A stretch of DNA of 23,932 nt, from the NCBI GenBank assembly GCA_964244895.1, contig CAXTKV010000062.1, positions 1 through 23,932 on the forward strand. The letters run 5' to 3'. Origin of the DNA: an uncultured Deinococcales bacterium (lineage in GTDB: Bacteria > Deinococcota > Deinococci > Deinococcales > JAAFIG01). Under the pieces are notes generated by a model. It made no database searches, was not told the origin of the DNA, and saw nothing but the letters and a program-made list of their open reading frames with translations. The stretch's first letter is position 1; each line of letters begins with the position of its first letter. Position numbers and translations under genes: made by a program. Of this stretch, positions 8,898 to 16,534 are shown in pieces.

Positions 8898-9791
8898 TTA
8901 CTTCGCGAGGCTCTTCTTGACTTCGCGGGCGTCGCGGATCGGGTTGAAATCCTTGTCGTCCACGCTGATGTAGCCCTTGATGTTGAAGGCGTCCATGCCC
9001 GCCGGGTCCTTGAACGCCAGGAACGCGGCTTTGACGGCCTTGCGGAAGGATTCAGGCAGATCCTTGCGGATCGCGGTTGGGCCGTTCGGGATCGGGGCGG
9101 AAGTCCAGATGGCGCGCAGCTCGTCGGCCTTGATCGCGCCCTTGTCGATGGCCTGCTGGTAGCTCTGATCGTTGGTCGCGCCGACATCAACCGTTCCCTT
9201 GGCGACGGCCAGGATCGAGTTCTCGTGGGTGCCCGCGAAGATCACCTTCGAGAAGTATTCCTCGGGCTTGACCTTGAGATCCTTGTAGAAGTAGACGCTC
9301 GGGATCAGGTAGCCGGAGGTGCTCTCCGGATCGACGAACGAGAAGGTCTTGCCCTTCGCGTCGGCCACGGTCTTGATGGGGCCGGAGGCCTTGGTCAGGA
9401 TCATGCTCTTGTAGGAAGCGCCGCCCTTGACATTGTCCGGGATCACCAGGGCTTCGACGTTGCCGCCCGTCTGCTCCACCGCGTCCAGGTACGAGTTCGC
9501 GCCGTAATCGGCCAGTTCGACCTGTTTGGCTTTCTGAGCCAGAATCACGGCGGTGTAATCCGCGCCGTTCTGGAACTTGATCTTGACGCCGAGGGTTTTT
9601 TCCAGGTGCGCAATCAGGGGCGCGTAACGCTGGGTCGCGTCCTTGCTGGCTTCGGAGGGAACGGCGGCGTAACGAACTTCCTGCGGCCAGCCGGTGCGAT
9701 CCTGCGCGCTGCTCGAGCCCGCCAGCAACCCACCGAGAAATGCGAAACCAGCGGCCATACCGATGCCCAGCCCAACGATTCGTTTGTTCAT
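8898..9791 (-). CDS. phnD: Phosphonate ABC transporter substrate-binding protein PhnD
   Basis: Signal peptide MNKRIV...SSA-Q; DY...I.A, FVDPESTSGYLIP, FAGTHE, IWTS.PIP. ATG 9791 overlaps the phnC stop (ATGA) after GGAG. Confidence 0.94.
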   Translation of the reverse strand: MNKRIVGLGIGMAAGFAFLGGLLAGSSSAQDRTGWPQEVRYAAVPSEASKDATQRYAPLIAHLEKTLGVKIKFQNGADYTAVILAQKAKQVELADYGANSYLDAVEQTGGNVEALVIPDNVKGGASYKSMILTKASGPIKTVADAKGKTFSFVDPESTSGYLIPSVYFYKDLKVKPEEYFSKVIFAGTHENSILAVAKGTVDVGATNDQSYQQAIDKGAIKADELRAIWTSAPIPNGPTAIRKDLPESFRKAVKAAFLAFKDPAGMDAFNIKGYISVDDKDFNPIRDAREVKKSLAK

Positions 9792-10702
9792 TGCTCCCAC
9801 TCCTTTTTGCTGCGTGCGACCATGCTTATCGTTTGGCTCGAGAGCGCTCTCGAGCTGTCCGCCATATCGAAACGAGCCACGTTGGGCTCAGGAGAGATCG
9901 GGAATCCTGCCGGAATCACGGACGCGTTCGACATTCCGGCCTCGTGCGTGCGCTCGGCGCGGTCTTCTTCGCCGTAGTAGAGTTCGCGCGCGATCTCGGG
10001 GGTCAGCGCTTCAGGCCGACCGTCGAACACGACGCTGCCCTTGCGAAGCGCGATCACGCGCTCGGCGTACTCGCGCACGGCGTCCAGGTGGTGCAAATTG
10101 GCGATCACGGCGATGCCGTCCTCGCGTTGAATGTTGCGCAGCAACTCCATGACCTGCTCGCTGGACTTCGGGTCGAGCGCGCTGATCGGTTCGTCCGCCA
10201 GGATCAACTCGGGTTCCTGCGCCAGCGCCCGCGCGATGCCGACGCGCTGCTGCTGACCGCCGGACAGGGTATCGGCGCGCTGCCAGGCGTAATCGGCCAT
10301 GCCGACGCGCTCCAGCAAGCGCATGGCGAGTTCCCGGTCGCTGCGCGTGTAGGCCCGAAAGGTCGTGCGCCAGACGGGGTTGTAGCCGAGCCGCCCGAGC
10401 AGCACGTTTTCCAGGGCGGTGGATCGGCGCACCAGGTTGAACTGCTGGAAGACCATGCCGATCTTGCGCCGTTCGCGCCTGACCAGCGCACCCGGAGCCC
10501 TCGAGACCTCGACATCGCTCAGCCAGACGCGACCCTGGGTCGGTTTGACCAGGCCGTTCAGCACGCGCATCAAGGTGCTTTTACCCGCCCCTGATGGCCC
10601 GATCAGCACCGTGAAGGACGCGCCGGAGAGTTCCAGGCTGACATCGCGCAGCGCCTGCGTGCCGTTCGCGTAGCTGTGCGTGACGTGCTCGAGTCGGATC
10701 AT
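9788..10702 (-). CDS. phnC: Phosphonate ABC transporter ATP-binding protein PhnC
   Basis: GPSGAGKSTL, GMVFQQFNLV, NVLLGRL, LSGGQQQRVGIARAL, ILADEPISALDP, NLH. GGAGG RBS. Confidence 0.95.
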   Translation of the reverse strand: MIRLEHVTHSYANGTQALRDVSLELSGASFTVLIGPSGAGKSTLMRVLNGLVKPTQGRVWLSDVEVSRAPGALVRRERRKIGMVFQQFNLVRRSTALENVLLGRLGYNPVWRTTFRAYTRSDRELAMRLLERVGMADYAWQRADTLSGGQQQRVGIARALAQEPELILADEPISALDPKSSEQVMELLRNIQREDGIAVIANLHHLDAVREYAERVIALRKGSVVFDGRPEALTPEIARELYYGEEDRAERTHEAGMSNASVIPAGFPISPEPNVARFDMADSSRALSSQTISMVARSKKEWEQ

Positions 10703-10725
10703 TCGGCCTCCGGTGCAACGGGCTG

Positions 10726-10761
10726 AAGTTAACGGCGCTCTGTCATGGTTTCGTCTGTCAT
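10726..10761 (-). promoter_or_regulatory. Putative Pho-box-like promoter of phnC
   Basis: Minus strand CAGACG-N5-ATGACA-N9-TAACTT; a further ATGACA overlaps just upstream. Confidence 0.6.
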
Positions 10762-10853
10762 GAAGGAACCATAAAAGCGCGTTTCGTGGGCGAATCGCCC
10801 ACCTCGGCGCGCCGTTCTGAGCGTCCAGAAAGGCTTTTCAGGGCGCGGCTGAA

Positions 10854-11981
10854 CTACTGGAGATCCCAGCTTTCAATCGCGCTGGTCGAGCCCATGTTCT
10901 CGTCGAAGGCGTAAGCGTCGGCGTGAACCTTGCCGCTGCCGTAGACCGAAACCTTGACCCAGGCGTACTTGCGGTCGTTCGGATTCTGGCTGTCACCCGG
11001 TTTGGCATCGAACGGTGATCCGCCGGAACCCACGATCACTTCCCAGGCTTTACCGCCTTTGTCCTTGGCGGGCTGCATGGCGTGGTAGATGTGTTCGTGA
11101 CCGCAGAAGTAGGTCGCGTTGTACTTCTCGATCACGTCCCAGACGGCGCTGGCGTTGTCCGCGTTGACATCAACGCCGCCCGCTGCGACCTTGTCGTTGT
11201 ACTTGTAGGTCGCGAGCGGTTTGTGTCCGAAGACGAAGATGTTCTTGACGCCTCGAGCTTTGGCCGCCGCCAGGTCAGACGCCAGCCAGTTGACGGGCGC
11301 GTGCGCGTCGTTGCCGACGGGATCGGTGTTGATCACCACGAAGTGAAGCCCCTTGGCATCGAAGGAGTACGAGAGTTGCTTCTGATCGGTCTGGATACCG
11401 TCCGGACCACCGACGACGGGCGCATTGTTGATGTCCCAGGCGACGGGCATTTCGCCGTGAATGGTCTTCCAGAGGTTCTGGTTGAGGATCAGATCGCCCA
11501 TGTTCTCGCGCCAGGCGTTCTCGTTGCCGGGGCGCGCCAGTTTGAAATCCTTGCCTGCGGCGTCCTTGCCCTTTTCTTGAACTTCGTGGTTTCCAGGAAC
11601 CGGCACGACGTAAGTTCCAGTCTCCATCAAGCCCGCGACCACGCCGCGCCAGAAGGCGTACTGGCGGTTGAGGGTGTTGGTATCGGTGGTGTAACCCATG
11701 ATCATGTCGCCGTTGTAAAAAAGCACGCTGGCCTTCTGCGCGCTGATCTCTCGCGCCTGCCGGGTCAGGACGCGCGTGTTCTGCAACCACAGCTTGTCCT
11801 GGGCGCTGATGTTGGGCGTGGTCGGGTCTTCTCTCGAGTCGCCGACGGTGGCGAAGGTCAAGATCACTTGATCGCTGGTCTGGGCGGCGGTCGGCGCGGT
11901 GTGCAGAAAAGCGAATCCAGCCAGCGCGGCGACCGCCGAAACTGGGACGATCTTGCGAAAAAGCGATGGGGATCGGTTCAT
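10854..11981 (-). CDS. Secreted calcineurin-like metallophosphoesterase
   Basis: Signal peptide (..TAA-Q); GDSR, NGDM, PGNHE, FGH and GHEH motifs; AAGGAGG RBS. Confidence 0.88.
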   Translation of the reverse strand: MNRSPSLFRKIVPVSAVAALAGFAFLHTAPTAAQTSDQVILTFATVGDSREDPTTPNISAQDKLWLQNTRVLTRQAREISAQKASVLFYNGDMIMGYTTDTNTLNRQYAFWRGVVAGLMETGTYVVPVPGNHEVQEKGKDAAGKDFKLARPGNENAWRENMGDLILNQNLWKTIHGEMPVAWDINNAPVVGGPDGIQTDQKQLSYSFDAKGLHFVVINTDPVGNDAHAPVNWLASDLAAAKARGVKNIFVFGHKPLATYKYNDKVAAGGVDVNADNASAVWDVIEKYNATYFCGHEHIYHAMQPAKDKGGKAWEVIVGSGGSPFDAKPGDSQNPNDRKYAWVKVSVYGSGKVHADAYAFDENMGSTSAIESWDLQ

Positions 11982-12009
11982 GGCGTACCTCCTTCAAGGT
12001 GCGGCACGC

Positions 12010-12041
12010 ATCACAAAGCCACCCCGTCAGAGGATCGTCAG
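12010..12041 (-). promoter_or_regulatory. Putative Pho-box-like promoter of the secreted phosphoesterase
   Basis: Minus strand CTGACG-N5-CTGACG-N9-TGTGAT. Confidence 0.6.
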
Positions 12042-12127
12042 GTCAGCGCTCCGAGGATCGTCTCAAGCCGTCAGCTTGATCTTCGAGACGGGTTCCGGCG
12101 CTGAAATTTGGTGGCGTTTGATCGGCA

Positions 12128-12212
12128 AGCTCCAGCACGGCACGAATCATAGAGACCCGTTCCAGACGGCCTTCATGCCTACTGAAAACATCGTCCTGGA
12201 CAGTCTTTTTGA
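12128..12212. repeat. Degenerate palindromic repeat copies (2-3)
   Basis: CCCGTtccagACGGC (centre 12163), aaaacATCGTcctggACAGT (centre 12197), and a weak copy at ~12134. Confidence 0.6.
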
Positions 12213-12235
12213 ACTATTTACTCATGGCATCCAAG

Positions 12236-12267
12236 CTCACACGCGCCTGACAAAACGGGTGAATGCT
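12236..12267 (+). promoter_or_regulatory. Putative Pho-box-like promoter of the small ORF
   Basis: CTCACA-N5-CTGACA-N9-AATGCT. Confidence 0.6.
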
Positions 12268-12328
12268 CGGCGCACAACCGACTCGGGTTTCGGCATCGTC
12301 CGACCTCGAGCGAGCACCGGAGGCGGAC

Positions 12329-12532
12329 ATGACCCTAGCCGCAACAGAGATCAGCGCCGAGTTCGACGCGCGCGTCGGCGCGCTGGCTCACGAATTGCAC
12401 GCGGTCGCGCCGGGCGGCCAGGAAGAGCGCGCCCTCTTGGAAGCGCTCTCAGACGCCATGGCGAACTTCACGGCTCAACGCCTGGGCGTTCCCTGCGAGC
12501 GCGTCGAGGTGTCCTGGAAGCTGACCCCCTGA
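12329..12532 (+). CDS. Small hypothetical protein (67 aa)
   Basis: GGAGG just upstream of ATG 12329; GC-biased codons; dedicated Pho-box-like promoter; fills the gap between two minus-strand genes. Confidence 0.7.
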   Translation: MTLAATEISAEFDARVGALAHELHAVAPGGQEERALLEALSDAMANFTAQRLGVPCERVEVSWKLTP

Positions 12533-12541
12533 ATCCGCCGG

Positions 12542-12597
12542 GTCGTCCAGCAAAGGATTCTCGAGCATTCAGGAACACCGTACTGGACGGTGTTTTT
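12542..12597. repeat. Palindromic repeat pair between convergent genes
   Basis: GTCGTccagc..ggattctcgag (centre 12549) and gaacACCGTactggACGGTgttt (centre 12584). Confidence 0.8.
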
Positions 12598-12600
12598 ACA

Positions 12601-13827
12601 TCAAGCCAACTCGAGCGTACCGTCCGAGTACACGACGCGACCGGCGCGCAAGGTGGCGCGCACGCGCGGCAGCGATCCGTCCTGCACGAAGGCGATGTCC
12701 GCGCGGCGACCGACCTCGATCCGGCCCCGATCGGAAAACCCGACCGCGCGAGCCGGGTTTTCACAGATCAGCCCGATGGCCTCCCAGAGCGGCAAACGAC
12801 CGTCCATGGCGATCTTGAAGGCCGCCTGCACCAGCGCGCCCGGCGAGTAATCCGCCGCCAGGATGTCCAACGCGCCCGCCTCGAGCGCCTGAATCGCCGA
12901 GAGGTTGCCCGAGTGCGAACCGCCGCGCAAGGCGTTCGGTGCGCCCATGATGACCGCCATGCCCCTGGCTTTGGCCTCGAGCGCCGCCTCGAGCGACACG
13001 GGAAACTCCGACAGGCTCGCACCGACCGCCCAGACCAGATCGACTTTTTCAACCGTGTCGTCATCGTGAGAGGCGACCGGCACGCCCGCGTGAACCGCGA
13101 TGCTCGCCACGTCGCGCACGACCTCCCAGGAAGGCGGCGCGTCGGCCACGCGCTGCATCTTTTCCAGGATGCGCGCCTCGACTTCCTCGCGCGGCGCACC
13201 GCGCCACTTGGCGCTGTACGCGATCATGTGTTCCAGATCCCGGTACTGGCCCTGACCGGGCGTGTGATCCGTCAGGGACACCAGATCGAGATGACCCGCC
13301 TCCAGCAGATCGCGCAGGATCGGGGCTGCGCCGTGGTTGGTGATCTCGAAGCGCGCGTGGACGCGCCAGTCCACCAGCATCGCGTCCCGGTGCGCGTGAA
13401 TGTCGTGAATGATGGCTCGCGCGCGCTCCTCGGAGCGCAAGCTCTGGTTGGTGCGCGCCTCCGCAAAACTGACCGCCGCGAAGGCCGTCGTGACGCCCGC
13501 CGCTGCCAGGCGCTTGTCGAGTTCGATCATCGCCATCTGCGTCGAGAATTCCGCGCCCGGACGCGGTTCGATCTCGCGCTCGATCATGTCGCCGTGAAGG
13601 TCCACCACGCCCGGAATGATGGTCAGGCCGCGCGCATCGAACGTATCTCGAGATTCGGCGTCTATAGCCCCGCTTCCCTCACTGATTTCAGCGATCCGTT
13701 GACCCTCGAGCCGGATCGAGCCTCTTTCCAGCAGGCCATCGGGCAGGACGATGCGCGCGTCGGCAATCCAGCGTTCCCGACCGGACGCATTCCGGTCGCG
13801 TTCCTGAAATGGCGTGTCCGCAATCAT
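12601..13827 (-). CDS. phnM: PhnM paralog (copy 1)
   Basis: PGVVDLHGD..EREIEPRPG, DHTPGQGQYRD, ASHDDD, SEFP, MGAPNALRGGSHSGN, ADY, GRIEVGRRAD. Confidence 0.95.
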   Translation of the reverse strand: MIADTPFQERDRNASGRERWIADARIVLPDGLLERGSIRLEGQRIAEISEGSGAIDAESRDTFDARGLTIIPGVVDLHGDMIEREIEPRPGAEFSTQMAMIELDKRLAAAGVTTAFAAVSFAEARTNQSLRSEERARAIIHDIHAHRDAMLVDWRVHARFEITNHGAAPILRDLLEAGHLDLVSLTDHTPGQGQYRDLEHMIAYSAKWRGAPREEVEARILEKMQRVADAPPSWEVVRDVASIAVHAGVPVASHDDDTVEKVDLVWAVGASLSEFPVSLEAALEAKARGMAVIMGAPNALRGGSHSGNLSAIQALEAGALDILAADYSPGALVQAAFKIAMDGRLPLWEAIGLICENPARAVGFSDRGRIEVGRRADIAFVQDGSLPRVRATLRAGRVVYSDGTLELA

Positions 13828-13835
13828 GGGTTTTC

Positions 13836-13867
13836 AGCCTGACCCGGACGTGTCAGGGAAAGGTAAT
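13836..13867 (-). promoter_or_regulatory. Putative Pho-box-like leaderless promoter of phnM copy 1
   Basis: Minus strand ATTACC-N5-CTGACA-N9-CAGGCT-N8-ATG; no SD. Confidence 0.55.
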
Positions 13868-13936
13868 ACGCAGTCCAGGACAGGTGCGTCAGCATTTTTT
13901 GAGGCTCGAGAACACCGTCCAGAACGATTCCCCCGA
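13868..13936. repeat. Palindromic repeat pair
   Basis: GCAGTccaggACAGG (centre 13877) and ctcgagaacACCGTccagaACGAT (centre 13921). Confidence 0.75.
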
Positions 13937-13943
13937 GAACGCC

Positions 13944-14579
13944 TCAGCGCCCGAATTTTTGCAGGAACGCATCCATGTCCTTGAAATTCTCGAAGCGTTC
14001 CTCGAGTTCCGCCCGCGTCCAATCCCACCAGGCGATGCGCTCGAGCTGCTCGATGACTTCTCGCGTGAAACGCGGTCGCAGCACCCGCGCCGGAACGCCG
14101 ACCACGACCATGTACGGCGGCACGTCCCTGGTCACGACCGCGCCCGCACCGATGGCCGCGCCGTTGCCGACGCTCACGCCCGGCATGACGGTCGCGTTGT
14201 GACCGATCCAGACATCGTGCCCAATCGCGACCGGCGATGCCCGACGCCACGCGAAGAAATCCTCGTCGTCGCGATCAGCGAAGCCGTACTGCCGCGCGCG
14301 GTAGGTCATGTGGTGGCTGGTGACCCGATCTAAGGGGTGATTGCCGGGATTCAGGCGCACGAAGGACGCGATCGAACAGAATTTACCGACGACGGCCTGA
14401 TTGATCTGGCAGAACTGCATGACATAGCTGTAATCGCCCAGGCTGGAATCCGTGAAGGCCGTGCCTTCAGCGATTTCCGTCCACTCGCCCAATTCCGAAC
14501 CCGTGACGCGCGCGGTCGGGTGGATGCTCGGTTGCGGCCCGAGCTGCGCTAGCGCGGCTGAACGCTCGATGGAAGTCAT
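13944..14579 (-). CDS. Phosphonate-cluster hexapeptide-repeat (LbH) acyltransferase
   Basis: [26 protein letters not shown]...[30 protein letters not shown]. Typical of the family found beside C-P lyase genes. Confidence 0.9.
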   Translation of the reverse strand: MTSIERSAALAQLGPQPSIHPTARVTGSELGEWTEIAEGTAFTDSSLGDYSYVMQFCQINQAVVGKFCSIASFVRLNPGNHPLDRVTSHHMTYRARQYGFADRDDEDFFAWRRASPVAIGHDVWIGHNATVMPGVSVGNGAAIGAGAVVTRDVPPYMVVVGVPARVLRPRFTREVIEQLERIAWWDWTRAELEERFENFKDMDAFLQKFGR

Positions 14580-14586
14580 GGCCGGA

Positions 14587-14618
14587 AGTCTTCGGCGGGC
14601 GTGTCAGGGGCGTGTGAT
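14587..14618 (-). promoter_or_regulatory. Putative Pho-box-like leaderless promoter of the acyltransferase
   Basis: Minus strand ATCACA-N5-CTGACA-N9-AAGACT-N7-ATG; no SD. Confidence 0.6.
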
Positions 14619-14671
14619 ACGGCGGTCTCGGGCTTCGAGATTTGGCCTGGGGTTCCAGAGGCGAACCCACC

Positions 14672-14735
14672 AAAGAAAGCCGTCCCAGACGATGTTCTCG
14701 AGATTGAAAGAACGGCGTGCTGGACGGTCTTCTCA
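14672..14735. repeat. Palindromic repeat pair overlapping the dusB stop codon
   Basis: GCCGTcccagACGATgttctcgag (centre 14686) and GGCGTgctggACGGTcttctca (centre 14721). Confidence 0.8.
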
Positions 14736-15815
14736 GTCCGCCGCCAGGGATTCCCCGTCTCGGGCGCCGTGACCGTTCAGTGAACTCGCTTCGTGGCCGC
14801 CGAAATCCGCACCCGCCGCGACATCTTCTAAAGGCACGGTCGGGAACAGGTCGTTCAATAAGGTTCGCAGATCCACCAGCGCGCTGACCTGCGTGGCTCG
14901 AGATCGCACCTGCGAAGCGCCGGGGAAGCCCTTGAAGTAATTCCCGAGCTGACCGCGCATCTGGCGCATGCCGACGTTCTCGCCGTACCAGGCGACGTTC
15001 AAGAGCGCGTGACGGTACGCCAAGCGCACGATTTCTGAGGTATCCAGGGTTTTGCCGCCCAGGATTTCCGCGAAGATCCACGGGCGTCCGATCGCGCCGC
15101 GTCCGATCATCACGCCGCTGGCCTGGGTCTTGCGGGCGTGGAACTGAGCGGCGCTCACCACATCGCCCGAACCGACCAGCGGAATGCCAATCGCGGCCTG
15201 GACGGTCTGGATCTTTTCCCAGTCGGCCTCGCCGGAGTAACCCTGCTGGCGCGTGCGCCCGTGCAGGGCCAGGCAAGAAGCGCCGCCCGCCTCGAGCGCC
15301 TGCGCGACCTCGATGGCGTTGAAGGTATCCCAGCCCAAGCGGATCTTGGCGCTGACCGGGACGGGCACGCTGGCGTTCAGGCTGCTGATGACATCGTGGG
15401 CTTTTTGCGGGTCCTGCAACAGGCACGCCCCGCCGCCCGTCTTGGTGACTTTCGGCACGGGGCAACCCATGTTCACGTCCAGCGCGGCGGGTTGGAATTC
15501 GTCGAACAGCTTCGCGCCCGCCTCGCCGACGATGGCGGGATCGGCCCCGAAAAGTTGGATCACCAGGTCGGGTTCGCCGGGGTAGGGTTCGCCGATCTCG
15601 AAGGATTTCTTGCCGTTCATGACCACGCCCATGCTGGAGACCATCTCCGTGACCGCCCAGGCCGCGCCGAACTCGCGGCAGAGCAACCTGAACGGCGCGT
15701 CAGAAAATCCGGCCATCGGTGCGAGCACCGCGCGTCCCGTCTCGAGGCGCTGGCGGTGAAAGGCCGGTTTGCTCGAGGCTGAAGGTTTGGGCTGTTCTGA
15801 ACGGGGTTCCGTCAT
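14733..15815 (-). CDS. dusB: tRNA-dihydrouridine synthase DusB
   Basis: LAPMAG, TEMVS, QLFG, NMGCP, KIRLG, HGRT, GDV, GVMIGRGA.GRPWIF. ATG 15815 follows TGcTACAAT (probably leaderless). Confidence 0.92.
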   Translation of the reverse strand: MTEPRSEQPKPSASSKPAFHRQRLETGRAVLAPMAGFSDAPFRLLCREFGAAWAVTEMVSSMGVVMNGKKSFEIGEPYPGEPDLVIQLFGADPAIVGEAGAKLFDEFQPAALDVNMGCPVPKVTKTGGGACLLQDPQKAHDVISSLNASVPVPVSAKIRLGWDTFNAIEVAQALEAGGASCLALHGRTRQQGYSGEADWEKIQTVQAAIGIPLVGSGDVVSAAQFHARKTQASGVMIGRGAIGRPWIFAEILGGKTLDTSEIVRLAYRHALLNVAWYGENVGMRQMRGQLGNYFKGFPGASQVRSRATQVSALVDLRTLLNDLFPTVPLEDVAAGADFGGHEASSLNGHGARDGESLAAD

Positions 15816-15861
15816 GGCCTGAAGATTGTAGCAGATGGCCTCAGAGCCGATTGTTCGGCGC

Positions 15862-15925
15862 AAAACACCGTGCTGCACAGTATTTTCTAAGGCTCGAGAA
15901 TTCACCGTCTGGAACGGTGTTCTCT
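15862..15925. repeat. Palindromic repeat pair between divergent dusB and VOC genes
   Basis: aaacACCGTgctgcACAGTatttt (centre 15874) and cACCGTctggaACGGTgttctc (centre 15911). Confidence 0.8.
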
Positions 15926-16007
15926 CGCTACTGCTCGAGTAGGGAATCCCAGTAGACTGCGCTCGTTTCGCGCCAGATCCAAAAACCAGATCCAAAAAGG
16001 AGCGCCC

Positions 16008-16391
16008 GTGTCCGAAATGACCGCTGGAGCCGTCATCTACGCCAAAGACATCGCTCGGGTCAGCGCCTTTTACCGGGCGGTCACGACCCTGGAAGTGACC
16101 CACGAGGAAAAAGGCCACGTCGAACTGCGCTCGGGCGGGTTTCAGCTGATCGTGGTCGCCGTGAGTGCCGACATCGCGGAATCCATAGAGATCAGCGCGC
16201 CGCCGGAGCGCCGCACGGACACCGCGCTGAAACTCGTCCTGCCCGTGGCCAGCATCGCCGCTGCTCGGGAGGCCGCCGCGCGTTTCGGTGGCGAACTCAA
16301 TGCGCCCGATCGCGAGTGGTCGTTCCAGGGTCACCGCGTCTGCGATGGTCACGACCCCGAGGGCAACGTCGCGCAGTTCTTTGAGCTTTGA
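16008..16391 (+). CDS. VOC/glyoxalase-family protein
   Basis: AVIYAKD....AFY, GG.L and DPEGNV.Q motifs; AAGGAG RBS before GTG. Confidence 0.85.
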   Translation: MSEMTAGAVIYAKDIARVSAFYRAVTTLEVTHEEKGHVELRSGGFQLIVVAVSADIAESIEISAPPERRTDTALKLVLPVASIAAAREAAARFGGELNAPDREWSFQGHRVCDGHDPEGNVAQFFEL

Positions 16392-16412
16392 GGCGACCGA
16401 CCGCTTCAGGCC

Positions 16413-16477
16413 CGAGAGATGACCGTCCTGTACGGTGTTCTCGAGCCTCAAAGAACACCGTACAGGACGGTGCTCCT
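16413..16477. repeat. Palindromic repeat pair
   Basis: ACCGTcctgtACGGTgttctcgag (centre 16429) and agaacACCGTacaggACGGTgctc (centre 16464). Confidence 0.9.
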
Positions 16478-16534
16478 GGCTGCGTTGGTCACAATTTGAG
16501 GCGAGCTTCAGGATTCTGACGCAGAATGCAAGGC

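Noticed and set aside
10815..10845. Additional repeat copy (GCGTCCAGAAAGGCTTTTC)
   Set aside because: Too degenerate and unpaired to count with confidence.
11899..13842. 647-aa plus-strand ORF and other long antisense ORFs (5518..6765, 8793..9977, 18537..19874, 21310..22389)
   Set aside because: Shadow frames of well-supported genes in GC-rich DNA, with no recognisable motifs.
13944..14579. Antibiotic-resistance acetyltransferase (CatB/Vat)
   Set aside because: Same fold, but the motifs, context and promoter fit the phosphonate-associated family.
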